The notes: a model not told the origin generated them from the letters alone. 64,000 nt of DNA from an uncultured delta proteobacterium (GCA_963760605.1 CAVXFA010000062.1:6174-70173), one strand, 5' to 3'; shown: positions 24,190-34,309, numbered from the stretch's first letter. Numbers and translations: made by a program.

Positions 24190-26011
24190 ATGCAAAGCAA
24201 AGAAGAGTTGAAAAAAATTCTGGCCCGGATTGATGGGCAAGGGTACAAGGCTTACAGGGAGATCGAGGGGACCTACGACTTCGGCGATTTTTTGATGTTC
24301 ATCGACCATGTGCAAGCCGACCCCTTCGCCAGTCCCACCCGAGTGCGTCTGCAGAGCCCTCAGCAGAAAGCCAAGTTCCCACCCGAGCTTTTTCAAAACA
24401 AAACACGGGCCATCGCCCTCCAAGATTATCTAACAAGGAAATTTGCTAAGGCGATCCGGGCCGTCGTCAAAGGCAACCGGGGTATCGGAGGAAGTGGAAA
24501 GATATCTGTAGATACCCCCGGGCAGGAAGTCTTGGAGAGGACTTCCTGCCTAGTGGACAAGGAGAAGGTAGAGGTGCGGTTTACCCTGGGTTTGCCCGCG
24601 GCCGGCCGAACCGTCCTGAGCCGGCAGGCGGAAGAAATGTTCTTCGGAGAAATTCCCAGGATTGCGGAGCAGTCTTTGTTCTATGAAAATCTGCCACCTG
24701 TAGAGGGGAAGCACCACGTGGACGTGGTGGAGGACCAGGAATACCTGCGGGACCAGCTCAGGCGAGAAAAAATGGATCTGCTTTATTGCCAACGGATCCC
24801 TTCTGCCGCGGATCAGCGGCATCGATGAACGGCCCCTAAAAACGGCAGAAGGGAGTGACCAGAAATCCGTCGTCTTATTCCAATCTCCCCGGGAGATGGA
24901 AGTTGAAGTGGAAACGCTTTACCGGGGAAAGATCAAAGGAATGGGCATCCCGGAGGGGGTCACGCTGGTCGTGGGGGGCGGCTTTCATGGAAAATCCACG
25001 CTGCTCAACGCCATCGAGAAAGGGATCGATCCTCACATTCCTGGGGACGGGCGAGAATATGTGGTCACTCACCCGGCGGCCGTGAAAATACGGGCCGAGG
25101 ACGGGCGGGCAGTAGAGAAGGTGGACATTCGCCCTTTCATTTCAAACTTACCGCTGGGGAAGGACACGGGCGAGTTCTCCACGGATAATGCTTCCGGGAG
25201 TACTTCCCAGGCAGCGAACATCATGGAGGCTTTGGAGGTGGGAGCAAAAGTTCTGCTGATCGATGAGGACACTTCGGCCACCAACTTCATGATCCGGGAC
25301 CAGCGGATGCAGGAGTTGGTCTCCAAAGAAAAGGAACCCATCACCCCTTTCATCGACCACGTCAAGCAACTTTACCAGGATCAGGGAGTTTCCACGGTGC
25401 TGGTCATGGGGGGGTCGGGGGATTATTTCGAAGTGGCCGACCGGGTGGTGATGATGGACGCTTACATCCCGAAAGATGTGACCCGGCGCGTGCGCGAAAT
25501 TGCGCAGAAATATCCCACCTTGAGAAAACCGGAGGGGAGGGAAAGCTTTGGGAAAGTCTGTTTGCGCATTCCCCTTCCCGAAAGCTTCGACCCCCAAAGG
25601 GGGAAGCGGGAGGTGAAGATTGACGCCAAGGGCCTAAAGACGATTGTTTACGGGAAAACGGCCATCGACCTCTCCCGAGTGGCCCAGGTAGTTGACGAGA
25701 GCCAAACCCATGCCATTGGGGACCTAATTCATTATTCTGCCACCCATTATTTCAACGGGGCGGTCCCGTTGGCCGAGGGCTTGAGGAGGGCCATGGCCGA
25801 TGTAAAGGAGAAAGGTTTGGATATCCTTGATCCCTACAAACGAGGAGATTATGCCTGCCCCCGGCTTTTCGAAGTGGCCGCGGCCATAAACCGCATGAGA
25901 ACCCTGAAAGTAAAAACCATAGTTCCGGGAACTAAAATTATAAACTCCAAACTCTTAGGCTCTAATAATGCTCTTGCCGCCGGTCATAGGGCTGTGTTAA
26001 AAGAAAAATAA
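24190..26011 (+). CDS. predicted ABC-class ATPase (pfam09818-like), frameshifted near 24830-24900
   Basis: ORF 24190..24828 looks like the N-terminal region. ORF 24896..26011 carries Walker A VGGGFHGKSTLLNAIEKG and Walker B LLIDEDTSATN. Together they give the expected ~560 aa architecture. Confidence 0.6.
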
Positions 26012-26036
26012 TTGCTCAGAAAGAACGGAGAATCCA

Positions 26037-26462
26037 ATGAATCTTAGAGCGCGCATCTACGTAGAAAACCAGAAAAAGAATGAACAGGCCAAATTCGAAA
26101 CCCGCCTAGCCTTCCTGAGAGAGAAGGGGTTAGATTCGGAGTCGATTCAGCGAGATGCCACCTTGCGAAGGATTAAGGCTCTGATCCGCAAGGCGGATTT
26201 TAGGCTGGCCAGAATCGCGGCGGAAGAAAAGCTGAACCAGGAGAGGGCGCAGGCCAAAGCGGCAAGATTAGCTGCCGAGAAAGCCGCGAAAGAAAAGCCA
26301 AAAGAGGAAGAGAAGGAGGTGGCGGGGGAGAAAAAGGGGAAGAAAGAAAAGAAGGAGCGAAAAGAAAAACCAGCCAAGCAAGAGAAACAGGAGAAGCCGC
26401 AGCAAAAGAAAGGAAAGGAAGAGAAAAAGGCGGCAAAAGCGGAAAAAGAAGGGGATCAGTAA
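26037..26462 (+). CDS. hypothetical Lys/Glu-rich low-complexity protein
   Basis: 141 aa. The C-terminal half is almost only K/E/A repeats. Confidence 0.4.
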   Translation: MNLRARIYVENQKKNEQAKFETRLAFLREKGLDSESIQRDATLRRIKALIRKADFRLARIAAEEKLNQERAQAKAARLAAEKAAKEKPKEEEKEVAGEKKGKKEKKERKEKPAKQEKQEKPQQKKGKEEKKAAKAEKEGDQ

Positions 26463-26539
26463 ACTCCACTTCTGAAAATTTTTTCAATTTTCCTTCTCTG
26501 ATTTCTTCTCCCTGAAACGGCTAAGGAAGAAAAGGGAAC

Positions 26540-26582
26540 AAGGCGACGGCATGAAATTCTTACGCTTTCATACCGTCGCCTT
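26540..26582. terminator. bidirectional hairpin (AAGGCGACGG ... CCGTCGCCTT, 10 bp stem) between the convergent genes 26037..26462 and hup
   Basis: Perfect 10 bp inverted repeat. A T/C-rich tract follows on the minus strand. Confidence 0.5.
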
Positions 26583-26603
26583 GTTTCTAAAGAAGGTACA
26601 ATC

Positions 26604-26894
26604 CTATTTTCTCTTCGGGGAGAGAATTGCTTTCAACGCCGCGGCTGGAACGGCCTTGACGACCTTCTTGGCCGGGATCTTGAGGGGCTGCCCAGTCTGG
26701 GGGTTGCGGCCAATCCGGGCCTTACGGTGTTGGACTTTCACCGTTACAAAGCCGGGGAGAGCTAGCTTATCCCCCTTCTTGATGATTTTTCCCGCCAAGT
26801 CGGCGAGCTCATCGAGAACGGCATTGGCCTGCTTCTTGGTGAGTCCGACCTTCTCGGCCAGATAGGTTACGACCTGCGTTTTGGTCATGGGCAT
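26604..26894 (-). CDS. hup: HU/IHF family DNA-binding protein
   Basis: GFVTVKVQHRKARIGRNPQTGQPLKIPAKKV (arm region RNPQTG). Confidence 0.85.
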   Translation of the reverse strand: MPMTKTQVVTYLAEKVGLTKKQANAVLDELADLAGKIIKKGDKLALPGFVTVKVQHRKARIGRNPQTGQPLKIPAKKVVKAVPAAALKAILSPKRK

Positions 26895-27333
26895 GAAACA
26901 TTCCTCCTTTCTGATTTAATGAACGGCACTTCTATAACTGCCCGCCTAGATATCTTTTTTTTGAGCCAAAGCGAGCGTTATTTCCCCTTCTTAAAACTGT
27001 GGCGATTAAAGGGGGCATTGCCTCACTGGGGATGACCTTTTTGCGGCAGCTCAAGCAGAATCCCATGGCCAAAATGAGCAGCCCCCCAGTGAAAATTTGC
27101 CGGATTTCCCTTTCTCTCCTTTTTGCCCGAAATTTAAAAGAAAGATTATATGCTGTTTTATAAGCTGTCAAGGGGAAAATCAAGCTCTGTCTCATTTTTT
27201 AAGGGGGGTGCCATTTCCTGTAATGTGCGCTTGGAGGATCCGTCGAAGTTCCCCCCATTGAGATCCGCATTGTAAGAGTACATAAAAATTTCCCCGTAAT
27301 GCCCATGACCCGTGCGACACCCACGAACCATGA

Positions 27334-27378
27334 AAATCCCCCCTTGCCCCCCTTTAGTAAAGGGGGGTGGGGGGATTT
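27334..27378. repeat. palindromic G6/C6 element, copy A (AAATCCCCCCTTGCCCCCCTTTAGTAAAGGGGGGTGGGGGGATTT)
   Basis: One of three near-identical ~46 bp palindromes; the others are at 37987-38034 and 55183-55228. This one is intergenic, upstream of the flavoprotein gene. Confidence 0.8.
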
Positions 27379-27503
27379 AGGGTATTTTCTAATAAAGTGA
27401 TAAGCAGGCAAACCGCCCCAGAGGAATGCATTTCCCCCTTGGCAGGAATAACCGAGTTTGCTAAGGTAATGGCAATGCCAAACGGGAAAGTTAGGAGGGG
27501 CGT

Positions 27504-28073
27504 ATGAGGGTCATAGGGATTTACGGAAGCCCGCGGCGGGGGGGAACACGGAACTCCTCCTCCGAGAGCTACTTCGAGGGTAGTCGGGACGCCGGGGCAG
27601 AGGTTGAGGAGGTATTTCTCCGGGAGCTGAAAATTACGCCCTGTTTAGAAATCTACGCCTGCCGGAAAGATGGGAGATGCCCGATTCATGATGATATGGA
27701 ATTCCTCTATCCCAAATTGGCAGAGGCTGATGTGGTGGCTTTAGCTTCGCCGGTCTTCTTTTACTCCGTCAGTGCCCACGTGAAGGCGGTCATAGACCGC
27801 TGCCAGGCCATGTGGGCCAAAAAATACCTGCTGAAACAGCCCATTGCGCCGGAAAAACCTGGGAGGAAAGGGGTTTTCCTCTCCGTAGGCGGTTCCCAGG
27901 GGAGTAAAATCTTTGACGGGCCGCTCCTGACCATGAAATATTTTTTTGATGCTCTGGATGTGATGTTCTACCGATCTCTTCTTTTTAAAAGTATCGACGC
28001 CAAGGGTGAAATCCTGGAACACCCTACAGCCTTGGCCGAAGCTTACGCCCTGGGAAAGGAATTGGCCACTTGA
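27504..28073 (+). CDS. NAD(P)H-dependent FMN reductase / iron-sulfur flavoprotein-like protein
   Basis: Flavodoxin-like fold (VIGIYGSPRRGG) with the compact Cys cluster CLEIYACRKDGRC. Confidence 0.7.
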   Translation: MRVIGIYGSPRRGGTRNSSSESYFEGSRDAGAEVEEVFLRELKITPCLEIYACRKDGRCPIHDDMEFLYPKLAEADVVALASPVFFYSVSAHVKAVIDRCQAMWAKKYLLKQPIAPEKPGRKGVFLSVGGSQGSKIFDGPLLTMKYFFDALDVMFYRSLLFKSIDAKGEILEHPTALAEAYALGKELAT

Positions 28074-28879
28074 GCGAAATTTCCTGGATAGAAAAATTTT
28101 CTGCGGCACAAGAGGAAGGTTCTCTGGAAGATTATCGGGGAAGAAAAGGGAACATTTTGGTCATTGCTCCCCATCCAGACGACGATGTCCTGGGGGCCGG
28201 AGGGACAATGGCCATGGCTTCGTCCCAGGGGAAAGGGGTTTTTTCAGTTTATATCACCGACGGCGGCGGCAGTCCTCGGAAGGATCAAACCATCTCAGAT
28301 GATGAAATGGCCGACCGCCGCCAGGAGGAAGCCATATCCGCCCTGCAAGCCGTAGGCGCAGTGGGTGGATTTTTCTTGAAAATGCCCAGCGCGCAATTGG
28401 AAAAGGAAATGGAGCGAAAAGCGGAGAAAGAGCTGGTGGAGATCCTCCAGTTTATCCGGCCTGAAGAAGTGTTTCTCCCTGCTCCCTATGAGCGACATCG
28501 CACGCATCAACGTTCCACCCATTTGTCCATCGAGGCTTTGCGCCGGACCGCGCCTCTGAAAACAATCCTCCTCGGCTACAGCCTCTGGGGTTCTTTCTGG
28601 GGGGAGAAAAAGAGGGTGGTGCGAGATATCACCCCCTTCATCAAGAAAAAACTAGGGGCGGTCATCGCCCACGCCAGCCAGATCGATTACAAAAATTACC
28701 AACAGGGCATCCTGGGTAAAAACAATTTCGAGGCCATCTTCTGGGAAAGCCACGAACCATCCAAAGCGGCTTTTGTAGAAATATTCTTGGACATGACGGA
28801 ACTACTGGAAAAGAGGGACCTGACCCTGGAAGCCTTCATGCGCCAGGATTTGGAAGCTTTCATCCAGGCCTTTTTATGA
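28070..28879 (+). CDS. PIG-L / LmbE family N-acetylglucosaminyl deacetylase
   Basis: ILVIAPHPDDDVLGAGGTMA signature. Confidence 0.8.
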   Translation: MSEISWIEKFSAAQEEGSLEDYRGRKGNILVIAPHPDDDVLGAGGTMAMASSQGKGVFSVYITDGGGSPRKDQTISDDEMADRRQEEAISALQAVGAVGGFFLKMPSAQLEKEMERKAEKELVEILQFIRPEEVFLPAPYERHRTHQRSTHLSIEALRRTAPLKTILLGYSLWGSFWGEKKRVVRDITPFIKKKLGAVIAHASQIDYKNYQQGILGKNNFEAIFWESHEPSKAAFVEIFLDMTELLEKRDLTLEAFMRQDLEAFIQAFL

Positions 28880-29054
28880 TTCGCGAGGCTCCTTTGCAGC
28901 TGGGCCTGGATAGAACCGGGAAAGATAGGTATAGAAAACTGGCGGTGGCAAGCTTGTCTCCCCTATTTACCCGGATAGATGATCGGAGTAGGATGAAGGA
29001 TAAGCCGAAAAGGGAATCAGGTCTGCGGGTGAATAGCTGAACTGGGGGAAAGAG

Positions 29055-29306
29055 ATGAAAGTGACTCGGGAGATCGTTTGTTCTAAGTGCGGAAAAAAAC
29101 AGATTAAAGATGAGGAAGAACTCTTGCGAGAGGATCTTTTTTGGCGGACTTGTGAGTTTTGCAACTGTTATGGTTTAGGGTTCGTCACCAGGCGGAAATT
29201 CACCATCCGGGAATGGATGGAAGCGCTATTTTTCACCATAGGCTTTCGGGTCACGGAGGTTGAGGCTTTTTTAAAAAGATTATTAAAGAACCATCCCCCC
29301 CTTTGA
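29055..29306 (+). CDS. small zinc-ribbon-like hypothetical protein
   Basis: CSKCGKK...CEFCNC, four Cys in two CxxC pairs. 83 aa. Its 3' end overlaps the convergent Smr gene. Confidence 0.35.
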   Translation: MKVTREIVCSKCGKKQIKDEEELLREDLFWRTCEFCNCYGLGFVTRRKFTIREWMEALFFTIGFRVTEVEAFLKRLLKNHPPL

Positions 29307-29583
29307 GGTCTACCTCTCGCTGGAACCTTTCCACCCAAGATTTCCCTTCCTTCTCGCACCACGCAGGAATCACTTCGCGGAGAATCCCCCTCCCTGCGGG
29401 GCTCCCCAGCCCTTTCCCATAAACGATCCGTACGGCCGAAAGTCCTGCCCGATAAGAAATCTTTACGAAATTCCTTGTCTCCTCCAGCGCTTCCTTCACG
29501 GAAAGCCCGTGCAGGTCCAGCGTGGGTTTGATATCCGAGGCGCCTTCCTCCCACAACTTTCTTAACAACCCTCTCAAACTCAT
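29251..29583 (-). CDS. Smr domain protein
   Basis: LDLHGLSVKEALEE...VRIVYGKG, the Smr/MutS2 C-terminal-type domain. Confidence 0.7.
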   Translation of the reverse strand: MSLRGLLRKLWEEGASDIKPTLDLHGLSVKEALEETRNFVKISYRAGLSAVRIVYGKGLGSPAGRGILREVIPAWCEKEGKSWVERFQREVDLKGGDGSLIIFLKKPQPP

Positions 29584-29709
29584 CGTCCTTCTTCTTTTTC
29601 AGGGTTCCAACCAGTTGACGTCAAATTCCTGCTAAGCATTTTATTGACTCTCTTCCCGGAACTTGATAACTTATAAAAAAGATCCAAATATGTCAACCAG
29701 TGAGTAAAA

Positions 29710-30240
29710 ATGAAAAGTGCATTCACGATTTTCCGGGTCAAAGTAGGATGGATGGGTCTGGTGGGGAATGAAAAAGGAGTTCAACGGATATTCCTCCCGG
29801 GCTTAAAGAAAGAAGAGCTGCGGCAGCGCATCCTTGCGGAATTCCCAGAAGGCCGTGAGGCGGCCGCTTTCCTGGGCCGGGCGAAAAAAGAATTAAGGGA
29901 ATATTTTTCTGGGCGCCGGGTGCGGTTCGATTTCCCTCTGGAACTCTCGGGCGCCACTCCCTTCCAGATGAAGGCCTACAAGATAATGGCTACAATCCCA
30001 TTCGGAGAAGTGCGCACCTATCGCTGGCTAGCCCAAAAGATTGGAAATCCCAAAGCCCTGCGCGCTGTGGGAGGGGCGAACGCCAAGAACCGCTGGCCTT
30101 TGGCGATTCCCTGCCACCGGGTGGTCGGTAGCGATGGACGCCTGACCGGGTTTTCCGCCCCCGGCGGATTGGCTCTCAAGTCCCGGCTCTTAGAGCTCGA
30201 GGGTATCCTGGTTGAGAAAAACTGCGTGCGGCTCCTCTGA
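29710..30240 (+). CDS. ogt: methylated-DNA-protein-cysteine methyltransferase
   Basis: Active-site IPCHRVV motif; GANAKNRWPLAIPCHRVVGSDGRLTGF. Confidence 0.85.
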   Translation: MKSAFTIFRVKVGWMGLVGNEKGVQRIFLPGLKKEELRQRILAEFPEGREAAAFLGRAKKELREYFSGRRVRFDFPLELSGATPFQMKAYKIMATIPFGEVRTYRWLAQKIGNPKALRAVGGANAKNRWPLAIPCHRVVGSDGRLTGFSAPGGLALKSRLLELEGILVEKNCVRLL

Positions 30241-30245
30241 ATTTT

Positions 30246-30989
30246 TTAAAGGTGCTCCATTCTCCTCAGGGCTTCTTTTTTTCCCACCGTCGCCAGGTAG
30301 ATGGCCGTTTCCTCCTGGCCATCGACCCCCACCACCTCGTTGACCTCATCATCAAAGAAGGCCGCAATGCCGCAGCATCCCAGGTTCATGGCTGTAGCCG
30401 CCAGGTAGAGGTTTTGACCTATATGGCCGCAATCTAAATAGATATACCGATAAGCTCGCTGATGGTATTTCTGGCGGGAACGGTGAATCACAGCCACCCA
30501 GATAAAAACCACTGCTGCGGTATGGACTACGTCCTGGTCCAGGGCCGCCTCCGCGATTTGCCCGGAGAAATCTCCTTGTTTTTTCATCTCCAGGGCGAAG
30601 TCTGCGATGCGCAGGAAGTAGATTCCGGGCTCTAATCCTTCTACCCGATTGACCATTAAATACGTATCGATGGGATGGAGGGCGCCGGCTGAAGGAGCTG
30701 TCCGGTACCAGGGAGACGAGGTGATCTCGGTGATTCCCTGAGTGGCCCAGAGGAGGGTAGAGAGCCCCGCTTTGGAGAGGGGCTCCCGGATATAGTCGCG
30801 GATCGAGCGGCGCTTCTGCAGGACTTTCCATAAGCTCGGTCCGTTATCAATCTGGGGCTGGAGTAAAGAGATGATCCCGAGTGAAGGGGTTTTTGGGGTT
30901 TTCGCGGGTTTTCCTGGCCGATAAGAAGGGCGGAAATATTTCGTCTCCTGTTGGAATCGTTGGCCAATCTTCTGTTCTGATATTTCCAT
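30246..30989 (-). CDS. SagB-type / nitroreductase family dehydrogenase
   Basis: Nitroreductase-fold sequence. The start was taken at the internal ATG (MEISEQ...), because the track ORF begins with TTG 22 codons upstream. Confidence 0.6.
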   Translation of the reverse strand: MEISEQKIGQRFQQETKYFRPSYRPGKPAKTPKTPSLGIISLLQPQIDNGPSLWKVLQKRRSIRDYIREPLSKAGLSTLLWATQGITEITSSPWYRTAPSAGALHPIDTYLMVNRVEGLEPGIYFLRIADFALEMKKQGDFSGQIAEAALDQDVVHTAAVVFIWVAVIHRSRQKYHQRAYRYIYLDCGHIGQNLYLAATAMNLGCCGIAAFFDDEVNEVVGVDGQEETAIYLATVGKKEALRRMEHL

Positions 30990-31091
30990 TCTCCACCTCC
31001 ATTGATGATTGCCTATCCTCGAGGAGAGTTTAGAGAGACCGAGAGAACATGTCAACCTCTCGGGGCGGAAAAAGGTTGACCCTGACTTTTC

Positions 31092-32351
31092 TTGATGTAT
31101 GATAGGGAGCGTATGGATGGCCGGCCTGAAAAATTTGAGAGCGCATTTATTTATTCTGATGAATTATCCAATTATGAATACAGTTCCACTCACCCTTTTA
31201 GACCCATTCGGGCCAAGCTGACCCTAGAACTTTGTCGCCGCTATGACCTGATCGAACATCCCTGGATTCGCATCCTCAAGCCATCGCCATTGGATTTTGA
31301 GGTCATGGCGGAGTTTCATGATAAATCATATCTGAAAGCTCTCCAGACGGTCGATGCTGCGCCCCTGGCCAGTGAACTCTGGGCGGATATACCCTCCGGT
31401 CAGGGAAGCGATTTTTTAACGATTGATCCAAAGATCCTACAATATGAGTTGGGGACGGAGGATAACCCGATCTTCACCGGGGTCTATGATTTTGCCGCCC
31501 TAGCGGCGGGAGCCACCTTCTCGGGGGCGAAGATGGTCGCATCCGGCGAGGTGCAGGTCGCCTTCAATCCCGTGGGGGGGTTCCATCATGCGGGCCGGGA
31601 CCATGCCGAAGGGTTTTGCTATGTGAATGATGTGGCCGTGGCCATTACCTACCTTTTGAAAGAGGGACTGCGCGTGGCTTTCGTGGACATCGACGCCCAT
31701 CATGGCCAAGGCGTCCAGGACGCCTTTTACCGGGATGATCGGGTGCTGGTCATTTCATTCCATGAGAGCGGCCGTGACCTCTATCCCTGGTCGGGTTTTG
31801 AGAATGAGATTGGAGAAGGCAAGGGGAGGGGATATACCGTGAACGTCCCCCTGCCGCCGAAAACTGATGATGAAGCATTTGTTCGGGCCTTCGGGGAGAT
31901 CGTTCCCCCCCTGCTCGAAGCCTACGCTCCAGACTTGGTTATTGCTGAGTTGGGAGCGGACACTCATATTTCTGATCCCCTTACCCATCTGAGCATGACT
32001 AATTTTGGCTATTGCCAGGGAGTGAAAAAATTGGCCGAACAGGCCCCCCGCCTCTTGGCCTTGGGGGGCGGGGGGTATGATGTATACAAAACTGCGCGCA
32101 GCTGGACTCTGGCCTGGGCGATCTTGAATCATTTAGAGCCCCGGGATGAGTACGTCGGGATCATCGGGGGAATGATGTTTGGACCGGAGGTTGAAGTTGG
32201 GGATCTCCACGACAAAACGGTCTACACCACGGGAGTGGTCAAAGAGCAGATCAACCGGGAGGTGGATCGAGTCCTGGATTCCATCAGGCAGACGGTGTTT
32301 CCCATCCATAAAATCGCCAGTCGCAAGGGGCAACTCGTAAGGGGCAAGTAG
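31092..32351 (+). CDS. histone deacetylase / acetoin utilisation (AcuC) family deacetylase
   Basis: DIDAHHGQGVQDAFY and GGGGY motifs of the arginase/deacetylase superfamily. Confidence 0.8.
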   Translation: MMYDRERMDGRPEKFESAFIYSDELSNYEYSSTHPFRPIRAKLTLELCRRYDLIEHPWIRILKPSPLDFEVMAEFHDKSYLKALQTVDAAPLASELWADIPSGQGSDFLTIDPKILQYELGTEDNPIFTGVYDFAALAAGATFSGAKMVASGEVQVAFNPVGGFHHAGRDHAEGFCYVNDVAVAITYLLKEGLRVAFVDIDAHHGQGVQDAFYRDDRVLVISFHESGRDLYPWSGFENEIGEGKGRGYTVNVPLPPKTDDEAFVRAFGEIVPPLLEAYAPDLVIAELGADTHISDPLTHLSMTNFGYCQGVKKLAEQAPRLLALGGGGYDVYKTARSWTLAWAILNHLEPRDEYVGIIGGMMFGPEVEVGDLHDKTVYTTGVVKEQINREVDRVLDSIRQTVFPIHKIASRKGQLVRGK

Positions 32352-32386
32352 TAAAAAGCATACTCCCGGGGACAACTCTTAGGCAC

Positions 32387-32492
32387 AATATTTTGAGGGA
32401 TTTTCTGATTGACAGGCAATTGACCTGTAACCTATACTGCTTCCATCACTTCATCTTAGGCTCCTTCCATCATGAAGCACGTTTCTATCATT
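32387..32492 (+). promoter_or_regulatory. promoter-leader cassette, copy 1
   Basis: TTGACA at 32409-32414, TTGACC at 32420-32425, TATACT at 32433-32438, then GCTTCCATCA, a ~23 bp insertion and CTTCCATCATGAAGCACGTTTCTATCATTT. It lies upstream of the Nramp-like gene. Confidence 0.7.
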
Positions 32493-32734
32493 TGCGAAAG
32501 AGAATGCAGAAAAGGGAAGTCATCTACAATATCCTGGGACCGGACAAGCTCCGGCAACGATAAGGTGTCATTGAGCGGGAGGTGTGAGGGACGGAAGATA
32601 CAGCCTGTGATAACTTCTTGGATACAGCAGTCTTCATCCCAGGCTTAATGTTGAAGGAAAGAAAGGAGGTGGATGGATCGAGTTCATTATATTCCTTTTG
32701 GAAGGCTGCTTCGGGAGAGTAAAACATAAAGGAG

Positions 32735-34309
32735 GTGCAAGAAATGGCTCAAGATAAGATCAAGGCTCCCCCATTAACCGATGCGATCAGGTCGGCAAAG
32801 CTGAAGGATATGATCAAGTTCTTCGGCCCTGGGGCCATTATGGCCTCCCTGACCATCGGATCCGGGGAGACCTTCTTTGCCTCTCGTGGCGGGGCAATCT
32901 TCGGCTATGCCATCCTGTGGTCCTTCGTCCTGGGGTGTTTCTTCAAGTGGGTCCAGTGCTACACTGCCATGCGCTACCTGACCATCACCGGAGAGCATCC
33001 TATAGACCGCTGGGCCCATTTTCCCGGCCCCAGAGGGTGGTTCCCCTTATTGCTGGGGGCCCTCAGTATCCTGTGCTTTCCTTTCTGGCTTTCTTTCTTG
33101 CCCTCTTTGTTGGGCACCCTTTGCAAATGGATGTTCCATTTCGGGGATCATCTCTGGTGGGGGACCTTCTGGATTCTTTTCTTTGTAACCCTGACACTTT
33201 TAGGGGGATACAATGTCCTGGAGAAGGCGCAGATCGCGATCCTTTCCCTCATGATTGTGGCGGTCCTCTTCTCCGCTGTCTACTTCCAACCCGACTGGGG
33301 TGCGGTCCTTGCAGGATCTTTTATACCCCGGATTCCGGACTATGCCCCCTGGATCTTGCAGAAGTATCCGGATGTCGCCGCCCGACCTCCGTGGGTCGAA
33401 ATTACCGTTTATATCGGGGCCATTGGCGGTGGGACCTACGATTACATTGGCTACGTGGGAATGCTTCGGGAGAAGAATTGGGGCGTGCTCGGCCTTCCGA
33501 ACCTGGCTGAGGTCCAGCAAAGGATCTACGAGCTGAAAGAGAAGGGAGAACGGATTCCCCTCTCCGAAGAGGAGGGGGATGTAAAGACGGCCCTGGCCTG
33601 GACGAAGGCACCAGCCATCGACTCTATCGTTTCCTTCGCCTCGGTCATCATTTTTGCCTCCGGATTCATGATTGGAGGGGCCCGCTTGCTTCACGCGCAA
33701 CAGTTGATCCCCTCCGGATTGAAGCTCTTGGAGTACCAGGCCCAATTCCTCACTCAAATTCACCGCTGGCTGCTTCCGTTATATGACATGGGGGTCTTCC
33801 TGGCGGTTGCGGGCACCGTCTATGGGGCCTACGAGGTCTATACCCGAACCGCGTATGAATGCCTGCGAACCGTCTTCCCCGGACTGCGCAAAATCACCTT
33901 AAAAAAGGTCCGTCCCTGGGTATGCCTCTATGTGGGCGTAGCGGGCCTCTTTCTTATGTGGATGACCCGCCTTTTCCCCCAGGTGAAACTGATCGACCTC
34001 CCCACGCCCGCAGGGATCATTGGGGGGGTCATGACCTGTGGGCTCTGGTGCTTAGCCATGATCTGGACGGATCGGAAATATCTGCCCAAGCCCTATCAAA
34101 TGAGAGGCTGGCTGGTCTTCCTGAACTGGATCGCCGGTATCGGTATGGCATTTATGGGTCTCAAGGCTTGGTGGGACTACGCGGTGGATAAGTTTCACAG
34201 CGGCTGGTGGGGTTATCTCTTCCTGGCTGCCATGGTCGTGCTCTCCATGATCATTACGGCGATCATCAGCAGCTACTACCGGAAAAAGGGAGCGGCAGCG
34301 GCATCCTAA
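32735..34309 (+). CDS. Nramp-like (divalent metal cation transporter family) membrane protein
   Basis: 524 aa polytopic protein. FFGPGAIMASLTIGSGE...GGAIFGYAILW resembles the Nramp GPG.../DPGN-type TM1 region. Confidence 0.5.
   Translation: MQEMAQDKIKAPPLTDAIRSAKLKDMIKFFGPGAIMASLTIGSGETFFASRGGAIFGYAILWSFVLGCFFKWVQCYTAMRYLTITGEHPIDRWAHFPGPRGWFPLLLGALSILCFPFWLSFLPSLLGTLCKWMFHFGDHLWWGTFWILFFVTLTLLGGYNVLEKAQIAILSLMIVAVLFSAVYFQPDWGAVLAGSFIPRIPDYAPWILQKYPDVAARPPWVEITVYIGAIGGGTYDYIGYVGMLREKNWGVLGLPNLAEVQQRIYELKEKGERIPLSEEEGDVKTALAWTKAPAIDSIVSFASVIIFASGFMIGGARLLHAQQLIPSGLKLLEYQAQFLTQIHRWLLPLYDMGVFLAVAGTVYGAYEVYTRTAYECLRTVFPGLRKITLKKVRPWVCLYVGVAGLFLMWMTRLFPQVKLIDLPTPAGIIGGVMTCGLWCLAMIWTDRKYLPKPYQMRGWLVFLNWIAGIGMAFMGLKAWWDYAVDKFHSGWWGYLFLAAMVVLSMIITAIISSYYRKKGAAAAS

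Noticed and set aside
26147-26487. Minus-strand ORFs antisense to the K/E-rich gene
   Set aside because: Low-complexity antisense frames (F/S/A-rich) of a low-complexity sequence.
27199-27411. Minus-strand 70 aa ORF
   Set aside because: It is made almost entirely of the G6/C6 palindromic repeat and its flanks. It is read-through of a repeat, not a gene.
33200-33763. 187 aa minus-strand ORF and 197 aa plus-strand ORF (32917..33510) inside the Nramp-like gene
   Set aside because: Alternative-frame and antisense ORFs. The polytopic-membrane frame 32735..34309 is the coherent one.
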